From: Pachysolen tannophilus NRRL Y-2460
Lineage: Eukaryota
Direction: 5' to 3'
NCBI GenBank assembly: GCA_001661245.1
Contig: KV454011.1
Coordinates: 523,498 to 587,497, forward strand
Length of the DNA: 64,000 nt
Shown piece by piece: positions 56,106-64,000 of this stretch. The translations under genes were made by a program, and so were the position numbers. Each line of letters begins with the position of its first letter. Within the stretch, counting starts at the first letter, position 1. Under the pieces are notes generated by a model. It did no database searches and had not been told where the DNA came from. It worked only from the letters and a program-made list of their open reading frames with translations.

Positions 56106-58787
56106 ATGCTGCTGATTAAGAAAACATTACCAAAGACAATATTTTTGAAAAATTGGGAATACAAACAAGAAAACGTTACCACTTGGAAACCTTGTTTAAA
56201 TTCAGAAAATTCAATTTCAGAAATTCATCTAGAATTAAGATCTAACAATGAAATTGATGAACCTTTTTTAAATGATAACGAAAAATATTTACAATGGATA
56301 GGTTTAAAAAATTGGGAATATAGATCTCATTTTAAGATAAGCTATAATGATAACGATAATGGAAATGATAAATTTAAATTGATTTTTTATGGTTTGGATA
56401 CTTTTGCTAAAATTTACTTGAATGGTTCATTGATTTTAACTACTGATAACATGTTTGTAAAATATTGTGTTGATGTTGATCCAATGATTCTTAATGTTGA
56501 TAATCAAAATGATGGTATTAATGAATTAAAAATATTGTTTGAAAGTTCTTTACTTAAATCAAGAAATTTGTTTTTAAATGGGGATTTTAAACCCAAAGGT
56601 TTTAATGGAGAATTGAGTAGATGTTTGATTAGAAAAGCTCAATATCATTATGGATGGGATTGGGGTCCTATCTTCATGACATGTGGACCTTATAGACCAA
56701 TTGAATTCCTACATTATAATCATTGTTGTATTTTAAATAAGGATGAAATTTATATCCATCCTAAATTTAATGACAATAGTTTAAACAATATCGAATTGAT
56801 TGTTGAAAATATTCATGTTGAAGTTTCAGAAAAAGGATATCTGATAGTTGTTGAATTATACTTACCCACAGGTGAACTTTCCCAATCTCAAGAAATTCTA
56901 ATTGATAATTCTTCCGTTAATATTTGTACTAGTTTCAAATTAAAGAAAGCTTACCTATGGTATCCTTCAGGTCATGGCTTACAGCAACTATATTCTCTTA
57001 ATATTAACTTGATTCACAAGGGAAATATTGCATCAGAACTTGAGCCAGAAATTATGGATAGCATTAAAGATAAAAAATTTGGTATCAAAAAAGTAGAATT
57101 GATACAAGATAATTTTCTTAATTCAAATATACCAGGTAAAACTTTTTATTTCAAAATCAATAATAAGCCAATTTTTTGTAAAGGATCTAATTGGATTCCC
57201 GCTCATTCATTTCAAACATCACTAACGAAAGATGACTATATAAGATGGTTGGAACTAGGAGTACATGCTAACCAAAATATTTTAAGAGTCTGGGGAGGTG
57301 GCTACTATGAAAATGAATGGTTTTACGAAGAATGTGATAGGTTGGGAATAATGGTTTGGCAAGATTTTATGTTTGCCTGTGGACAATATCCAGGTAATTC
57401 GAAATTTCGTGAATCAGTTAAGCAAGAAGTTTCTTATCAAGTAAAAAGATTGAGAAATTATTGCTGCTTAATTCTATATTGTGGAAATAATGAGGATTAT
57501 CAAGTCATTGAGCAACTCAAATTAACTGATAAGGAATTTGAAGCCAAAATTATATACGAAAAAGATATAGCCCAAATTGTAGCAGAATTACATCCCTTGA
57601 TACCTTATCATCCTGGTTCTCCCTATTCTGATCCTAAATTGTTATCAGATGACCCAAACGTGGGTGATATTCATCAGTGGAATATTTGGCATGGAACTCA
57701 GGAACGTTATCAAGATAGCTGGAAATTAGCTGGAAGGTTCATTAGTGAATTTGGAATGATAGCTTTTCCCAACTACAAAACTTTAAAGCAATCGATTGAT
57801 CATGAAAAACAATTGTTTCCTCAAAGTGAGCTTGTGAACTTCCATATGAAAGCTGATGGTTCTGAAGCAAGAATTGGACTATATTTAATGAGTAATTTCA
57901 AAATTATTAAAACTGATTTGAAATCGTGGATTTATTATACACAATTATTACAGAGTGAGTGTTTAACATATTGTTTCAGGAATTGGAGAAGAAACTGGTC
58001 TACAGATGGGAATAGGCTAACTTCAGGTATAATTGTTTGGCAATTAAATGACTGCTGGCCAGTTACATCTTGGGCTATAGTGGATTTTTATAAAAGACCG
58101 AAACTCGCTTATTATGCAGTTAAGAGAGAATTCGCATCAATTGTTTTAGGTTTTAATAGATCCAAAATTGATCCACAAACAGGTAACCATATTGAAAAAG
58201 ATGAGAAACAAGATAATACTCATCAATATTTTTTGTTTAAAGAAAAATTAGAGATTTTTGGAATGTCGTCATTATTCAATGATTTAGAAGTTTATTTGAA
58301 TTTGAAGTATTTTAATGCAGAAACTGGGGTAGAAATTGAAAAATTGCTGGTCAAAAGTTACAAGACAAAACTCAAAGCAAATGGAACTTCTGAATTAACT
58401 GAATTAACTGTAGTATTGCCCTATATTCATAATGAAACTGATCAAGATGAAAATTTAAAGAAAATAGTTGTATTTGGCACCTTATCTGATCTTCAAGGTA
58501 ATATCCTATCAAGATCAAGTGATTGGCCACAACCTTTAAAATATATTTCTTTAAACTACACTGATAAAGATTTGAAGTTTGAACTGAAAAATGGGTGTGT
58601 ACTTGTTTTAGCCAAAAAACCAATAAAGTGTGTACAGTTCTACATGAAAGATGATAGCAGAGTCGATCAAGTTTTTTTCCATGATAACGGCTTTGACTTG
58701 TGTCCCACTTCGGAGTTCTACACTGTTCCAGCAGATGGCTTACTTGAAACTGATGACATTGGTGTAGAGTACTATGATAAAGTATAG
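56106..58787 (+). CDS. GH2 beta-mannosidase, no obvious signal peptide
   Basis: GLDTFA, RKAQYHYGWDWGP, KGSNWIP, RVWGGG.YE, WQDFMFAC, GNNE (acid/base), ISEFG (nucleophile), WQLNDCWP. Confidence 0.93.
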   Translation: MLLIKKTLPKTIFLKNWEYKQENVTTWKPCLNSENSISEIHLELRSNNEIDEPFLNDNEKYLQWIGLKNWEYRSHFKISYNDNDNGNDKFKLIFYGLDTFAKIYLNGSLILTTDNMFVKYCVDVDPMILNVDNQNDGINELKILFESSLLKSRNLFLNGDFKPKGFNGELSRCLIRKAQYHYGWDWGPIFMTCGPYRPIEFLHYNHCCILNKDEIYIHPKFNDNSLNNIELIVENIHVEVSEKGYLIVVELYLPTGELSQSQEILIDNSSVNICTSFKLKKAYLWYPSGHGLQQLYSLNINLIHKGNIASELEPEIMDSIKDKKFGIKKVELIQDNFLNSNIPGKTFYFKINNKPIFCKGSNWIPAHSFQTSLTKDDYIRWLELGVHANQNILRVWGGGYYENEWFYEECDRLGIMVWQDFMFACGQYPGNSKFRESVKQEVSYQVKRLRNYCCLILYCGNNEDYQVIEQLKLTDKEFEAKIIYEKDIAQIVAELHPLIPYHPGSPYSDPKLLSDDPNVGDIHQWNIWHGTQERYQDSWKLAGRFISEFGMIAFPNYKTLKQSIDHEKQLFPQSELVNFHMKADGSEARIGLYLMSNFKIIKTDLKSWIYYTQLLQSECLTYCFRNWRRNWSTDGNRLTSGIIVWQLNDCWPVTSWAIVDFYKRPKLAYYAVKREFASIVLGFNRSKIDPQTGNHIEKDEKQDNTHQYFLFKEKLEIFGMSSLFNDLEVYLNLKYFNAETGVEIEKLLVKSYKTKLKANGTSELTELTVVLPYIHNETDQDENLKKIVVFGTLSDLQGNILSRSSDWPQPLKYISLNYTDKDLKFELKNGCVLVLAKKPIKCVQFYMKDDSRVDQVFFHDNGFDLCPTSEFYTVPADGLLETDDIGVEYYDKV

Positions 58788-58852
58788 AAATGAATATGGG
58801 CCACACACATTAAAAAGAAAAATGATCCAAAAAAAAAGAAAAAAAAAGTTGT

Positions 58853-58924
58853 AGGTCGTACCCGGATTCGAACCGGGGTTAATTGGATCAAAACCAACTG
58901 TGATAACCACTACACTATACAACC
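58853..58924 (-). tRNA. tRNA-Gln(TTG)
   Basis: GGTTGTATAGTGTAGTGGTTATCAC...TTTTGAT...GGTTCGAATCCGGGTACGACCT, followed by a poly-T terminator. Confidence 0.97.
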
Positions 58925-59384
58925 TTTATTAATGAATCTTTTTACACTTCGTCTGATAACTTGACAACTTCGAATTAAATAAAGCTTCAAATAGAAGAAA
59001 TAAAACATTGACTTTGGATAGATAAAAAATAAGAGACAAGAGATTGAACCGAAATATCTTTTGAGCAAAGTCACCAATCACTCGTAACATCGCACTAAAT
59101 TTTTACACTGAATCACAGTAGTGTGTTAAAAAGCAAAGAAACTATTAAATAATTAGTATCATGCAAGAGATGCTTGATATTGAACGTTAAAAGTCAAACA
59201 GAAAAACTACATCATCATATTGTTCAGGTTTATGTATATTTGCAGCTGTCAATACAAATAAGGTTAGTGAAATAAATATTGTAAAATAAAAAAAAAGACG
59301 TAAAAAGAACCATTCAACTTTTTTTGGTAGTCACAAAAGAAAAATAAAAACAATAAGAAAAATCCCATCTTTGAATATAAAAAA

Positions 59385-61073
59385 CTAAACTTTTTCCTGA
59401 TCTAACTCTTTTTCATTTCCTAAGTTAGCATCTGTTACTGTTACTGGTCCTGTTTCAGTAGCGTATTCCAATTTTTCGTTTTCATAATAAAGTCCCTTTT
59501 TTGTATCTAGGAATGTAAAGTAAGTAGCGACCAGGGTAACAATTATACCAAGAGAAGCTAAGCAAGCTGTGTAAGTAAATCCTACATGGAAAACTGGTTG
59601 ATAATCAGTATTCCATACTAAAATTGGAACCCAAGCATTTGTAACGTATGCTAAGGTGTTAGTAACAACAAGAACAAAATTTCTCTTCATATCGTCGTAT
59701 CTTAACAATCTGTTTACCCACGAATAAATTTGTGGTTGACCCCATGCCGTTGGAACTCCTATTAAAAAGTAACAGAAATATTGATAACCAACAGGTAAAT
59801 CCCAATGTGCCAAGGATGCACATCCTATTACAAGACAAATGAAAAACAGTTGAACGACAACGAAATTATACCTATTTTTGGTATAATCTGAAATCCATGA
59901 AATTGCCACAGTAAATGCGATACCAGCACCATTGATAGCTGTTGGATAAGTGTTATATTTCCCAGAAGTTAAACCTAAATCATATTTCATCCAAGTGGTA
60001 AATGTAGGCTCACTTATAGCAGTACAACTATTATTGTAACATAAGAACAATATGGGGAAGACCCAAATGTGCCATGTTGTGAAAAATGATTTAATTTTCT
60101 TCCATGTATATTTCTCTCTAGTGTTTAATTGAGCGCCAATCCTTCTTCTTCTTTCTTTTGCAATCAACTTATCCTCTTTAGAAAAATACCAAGCAGTTGA
60201 AGTTGAAGGAGTATTTGGGTCTGCGGTCATTGTGTATATGGCAATTGGGAAAGAAATAATGGCATCCACTATAAATAACCACTGGAAAGCTTGGTACCTA
60301 GTACTTGATTTGGCTACCCCATTTAATACCGCATCTTGCAAAGGACCAGAAACCATGGAAGCGGCAGTACCTGAACAAGCAAACAAAGATTCTCTTTTAC
60401 TTAATTCAGCTGGTGAATACCATGAACCAATAAGGTACTCCATAGCTGGGAAAAATCCAGATTCAGTGAGCCCAACTAAAAACCTAATAGCATAAAGTTG
60501 ATGCATTGTCTTACATGAAACCATACATATGGTCAATAAGGACCAAACAATCTCCAAACAACCAAGATAATATCTAGCTGAAATCCGATGTAAAATTAAA
60601 TTCGAAGGAATTTGACCAATGATATAACCAACTGTCCAAAGCATTTGTACTGTATTATACTGATTGGACTCCATATCGTAGTAATCACTCATACCATTAA
60701 CGTATGCAGTAGCTATATTACTGTAATTTAAAGTCTTTATAAAATAACCCAACATGGCCGAAGATAATAAGAAAAAATCCAACTTTAACAAAAATTTTCT
60801 TTCCTTTGGATGTTTATCAGCAGAATCCCAAAAAAAAATTGCCAATTTATATTTCCATGTTTTCCTCCTCTCTAATTCTTCAGGTGTCAAATGAACCGTT
60901 AAATCAATAAATTTCTCTGTCTCATCTAGATTTAAAGGGGAAGAAGAATCATTGGAAACCGAATTAACCTCTTCATTTATCTCAACATATTTATTATGAG
61001 ATGCTTCCCTGGAAATACCAGAAGATACAGTATCAGCACCACTGACAACACCGGTTTCTGTCTGCTCAACCAT
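59385..61073 (-). CDS. MFS transporter, allantoate permease (ACS) family, Seo1/Fen2-like
   Basis: [47 protein letters not shown]...[14 protein letters not shown]. Confidence 0.9.
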   Translation of the reverse strand: MVEQTETGVVSGADTVSSGISREASHNKYVEINEEVNSVSNDSSSPLNLDETEKFIDLTVHLTPEELERRKTWKYKLAIFFWDSADKHPKERKFLLKLDFFLLSSAMLGYFIKTLNYSNIATAYVNGMSDYYDMESNQYNTVQMLWTVGYIIGQIPSNLILHRISARYYLGCLEIVWSLLTICMVSCKTMHQLYAIRFLVGLTESGFFPAMEYLIGSWYSPAELSKRESLFACSGTAASMVSGPLQDAVLNGVAKSSTRYQAFQWLFIVDAIISFPIAIYTMTADPNTPSTSTAWYFSKEDKLIAKERRRRIGAQLNTREKYTWKKIKSFFTTWHIWVFPILFLCYNNSCTAISEPTFTTWMKYDLGLTSGKYNTYPTAINGAGIAFTVAISWISDYTKNRYNFVVVQLFFICLVIGCASLAHWDLPVGYQYFCYFLIGVPTAWGQPQIYSWVNRLLRYDDMKRNFVLVVTNTLAYVTNAWVPILVWNTDYQPVFHVGFTYTACLASLGIIVTLVATYFTFLDTKKGLYYENEKLEYATETGPVTVTDANLGNEKELDQEKV

Positions 61074-62037
61074 TTCTATAAGATCTCTAAATCTTCAATG
61101 AAGTTTTCGCTTAAACAAAAAAAAAGCAAAAGAACATGAAAATTAGGAAAATCAATCTCCTTTAATACTGAAAATTATTCATTCTTAGCCAGTGGACAGT
61201 TTATTTGTAATAAACCAAATCATACTTTAAATTAACGCTTAAAAAATTATACATGCCACAGTAAAAAAAAAATTCAGTTTACTACTTTGATTATAGCTAA
61301 GAAACTTTAAAACTAACAGGAAGAAAAAAAAAAAAGAAAAAAAGTTCAAGCTTATTCCTACATGCTAATACTCTGGCTCATCGGAACATTATCAAAATTA
61401 GGTAAAATTTCGACTTCTGTGTGAATAATGATTGTTAATCCACATTATATTAAAAGACTGTGGATTTTTCACCACACGTCAAATGTCCACTTACACACGT
61501 TCATGACATACGTCATGCTAGATAACAAGTGAGGCTCAAATTTTTTTTTTTTTTTTTCCTTTTTAGTGTGAGGTGTGGTTCACAATTTATATTCCTCTAG
61601 ATGAACAATACTATCTGAAGAATACAAAGAAAAAAGATACTTGAGGTCATAATAGTGAGCGCTCTAGTAACTTTAAGAAAAGCTTTATTATCAAATAAAT
61701 GAAAGAAGATTTACAGTGGATGTTTTTTTGTAAAAGAACAGTAAAAATACTAGATAATTCTTAAGAATCGGAAATAAAAGGATGTCTTGGTAAACCCCCA
61801 TTTTGCATATACTTTATTTATTTATTGTTTAAATAGAAGATAGCTTAACTGTTTACACAAACACAAAACCCAATCAGTGGACATAAACTTTTATGTTCTT
61901 TCTATAGAAACAAAGATGATAATGAAAAGAATTTTGAAATTGAAAACAGTTGATGGAGAGGGGGGGGTTTTTTTTAAAAAAAAATTTCCTTAATTAAGGA
62001 AAGATCAAGACTAAATTATTGCTGAAAATAGTTTGCT

Positions 62038-63612
62038 ATGAAAAATCAAATTCCTGAAAGTGAGTCCATCAACAAAAATGAAAATATAAGAACGTTATCT
62101 ACAATTGATGAGATTTATACATGTGTGCTTTTCAATGAAATTTTTTTAAAAGCTATTGAGTTTGCTAAGAGCATTGAGCTCGAAATCAAAACAGCTATAA
62201 TAAATTTATTGTTTGTTCAAATTGATTCACTGATGGCTCTGGAATTACAAGAACTGTTGATTCTTGTCAGAAGTATGATTTCTTCTTTGAAAACAGATTC
62301 ATATCCAAAATTTAAGGAATTTTCAAAAAATGATTTTATGTATTCAAAAATTATATTCGAAAGTGCAGTTAATAGGTTTCTAAGTGGATTTAAGGAAAAT
62401 TTAATGAAAACTTTAAATAATTATAATAATAAGTTTAATAATAATCAAAATGAATGCTTTGATGATTATATTTTAGCTGAAAAATGTCATTTAATTTATA
62501 AATTTGGAAATAGCTTGATCACACCGAGTCAACAAATAGAAACTCTTGTTGAACTTTTTTCATCAAATGAACCTATAGATTCTTTTGAAATTTTAAGAGA
62601 AATTGAAAAAAATTTTAAAATTGATTTTACACAGATTTTATTAAAAAATATAAGAATATCATATATTACTACTACAATTATTCATTTAGAAGATGAAAAT
62701 ATAAAAAACTTTAAAGATTTTTTTCATCGCAAGACATGTAAGGATACACTCGAAAATGATAATATATATGAGATGATTACGGAAAGCTATAATTCTTTTC
62801 AAGATACTTTGGTCATTAAAAATAATTTTTTAGCTGAAAAAAATGATATTTTCAGGTTTTTACTTGAAAATGAGAAAACTGGAATTTATATGCTGGTTTT
62901 ATATAAACAAAAACATGTTTTTCTACTGTTAGTTGGTTTAGGATTAGATTATGTCTGTTTACTTTCAAGTATTTTTTTGAAAGTTACAGGTATAATAGAG
63001 CTTTCAAATTATGAAATACTGATTCGAAGTTATTTTTCAGAAATATTAAAACTTTATCTGGAAGTAGAAGTTACATGGGAATTTCAAGCAAAATTAAGCA
63101 TTTTTAAAAAAATAAATTACAAAGTAATAAGCTCTTTAATTTATGCTCTGGAATCAAGAAATGTTTTTGATAAATATTGTTCAACCATATATGAAACTGA
63201 ACCTTTTAAATTTACTTCAAATTTTGATGCTTTACTTTGCGGAGAAATTTTTAAAATCCATAGTTTCCAAAATTCTTTTATTGATAATTTCCATTTATTT
63301 TTCGAAAAAGACCCATTAGATAATAATATGCTCTTAATTGTTGATCATGATAAAAAAAATTTTTATGAAAAATTTTTACAAATAAAGGAAATTTTTTTAG
63401 ATGAATTAGGAATTGGTTTGGAAAATAATCAAAACGAACATTCTGGGTTTGAATACTTTATCAACATTTACAAAGAAATAGCCAACAATAATACCACGAA
63501 CATCGACTTTAAGCAAATCACACCCTACCCACTTATGACCATGGATGAATTAAATGATATGCTTGATTCAATTACATCTGATACATGTACTACCACCTTA
63601 GCACCTCTTTGA
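62038..63612 (+). CDS. Hypothetical protein (524 aa), no family recognised
   Basis: 1.57 kb uninterrupted ORF in very AT-rich DNA, unlikely by chance. Confidence 0.65.
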   Translation: MKNQIPESESINKNENIRTLSTIDEIYTCVLFNEIFLKAIEFAKSIELEIKTAIINLLFVQIDSLMALELQELLILVRSMISSLKTDSYPKFKEFSKNDFMYSKIIFESAVNRFLSGFKENLMKTLNNYNNKFNNNQNECFDDYILAEKCHLIYKFGNSLITPSQQIETLVELFSSNEPIDSFEILREIEKNFKIDFTQILLKNIRISYITTTIIHLEDENIKNFKDFFHRKTCKDTLENDNIYEMITESYNSFQDTLVIKNNFLAEKNDIFRFLLENEKTGIYMLVLYKQKHVFLLLVGLGLDYVCLLSSIFLKVTGIIELSNYEILIRSYFSEILKLYLEVEVTWEFQAKLSIFKKINYKVISSLIYALESRNVFDKYCSTIYETEPFKFTSNFDALLCGEIFKIHSFQNSFIDNFHLFFEKDPLDNNMLLIVDHDKKNFYEKFLQIKEIFLDELGIGLENNQNEHSGFEYFINIYKEIANNNTTNIDFKQITPYPLMTMDELNDMLDSITSDTCTTTLAPL

Positions 63613-63665
63613 TGGCCCAATACCATCCTCATATATGGAACCTGGCTCAACTGAAAACCAGAATT

Positions 63666-63739
63666 GGTTTTGTGGTCTAGTTGGTTATGGCATCTGCTTA
63701 ACACGCAGAACGTCCCCAGTTCGATCCTGGGCAAAATCA
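63666..63739 (+). tRNA. tRNA-Val(AAC)
   Basis: GGTTTTGTGGTCTAGTTGGTTATGGCATCTGCTTAACACGCAGA...GTTCGATCCTGGGCAAAATCA, followed by a poly-T terminator. Confidence 0.97.
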
Positions 63740-64000
63740 ATTTTTTTTTAATTTTTTTTTTTTTTTTTTAATTTTTTTCAATTTTATTTTTTACTTTGAA
63801 ATAGCTCTCTCACGAACATACTGAGAAAAATTTTCCAGTTTTTAATATATAAATCAAAATCTTTTCACTTCTTAGTTAACGTTCTATTTTATTTATTTTT
63901 TTTTTTTTTTCTTCTTCTTCCAGTAAGCTATCACAACATTGAAAGAATGAGCAAAGTAAGTACTTCTTTTTCATTTTAAGTTTACTTGATGCCAATGCTT

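Noticed and set aside
58740..58922. Short ORFs overlapping the tRNAs (also 63525-63740)
   Set aside because: They are incidental translations of tRNA genes.
1..64000. Transposons, LTRs, CRISPR arrays, rRNA, telomeric repeats, tRNA-CAG
   Set aside because: None recognised. The tRNA responsible for CUG decoding is not in this window.

Overview
A 64 kb window of very AT-rich budding-yeast (Saccharomycotina) nuclear DNA with three N-gaps. It holds about 30 protein genes and two tRNAs (Gln-TTG, Val-AAC). Four spliceosomal introns missed by the ORF track (VMA2, a VanZ-like gene, SFT1, RPL14) restore correct N-termini. Three genes (OTU2, LIN1, BYE1) are split by five single-A deletions in homopolymers, most likely sequencing errors. 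The main signal is a non-standard genetic code: in-frame CTG codons repeatedly fall where homologs carry Ala or small/polar residues (LIN1 KLD[CTG]FN, TPS1 LR[CTG]TV, BUD5 PxRP[CTG]PxPP, SFT1, RMD9, OTU2). Ala is the residue that best fits all of them, which points to the CUG-Ala code (NCBI table 26, Pachysolen-type); one site in VMA2 disagrees. Other candidates are an 11-CUG tract inside the No-Go-decay nuclease CUE2, a single uORF plus Mcm1/ECB boxes upstream of a CLN3-like cyclin, a GC-rich nested inverted-repeat element in a 4.4 kb gene desert, an atypical Ras-like GTPase with three Mcm1 boxes next to a RasGEF, a folded RPL14 intron with a Tbf1/Homol-D/Mcm1 promoter, and gene order shared with S. 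cerevisiae. All homolog comparisons are from memory and need alignment.
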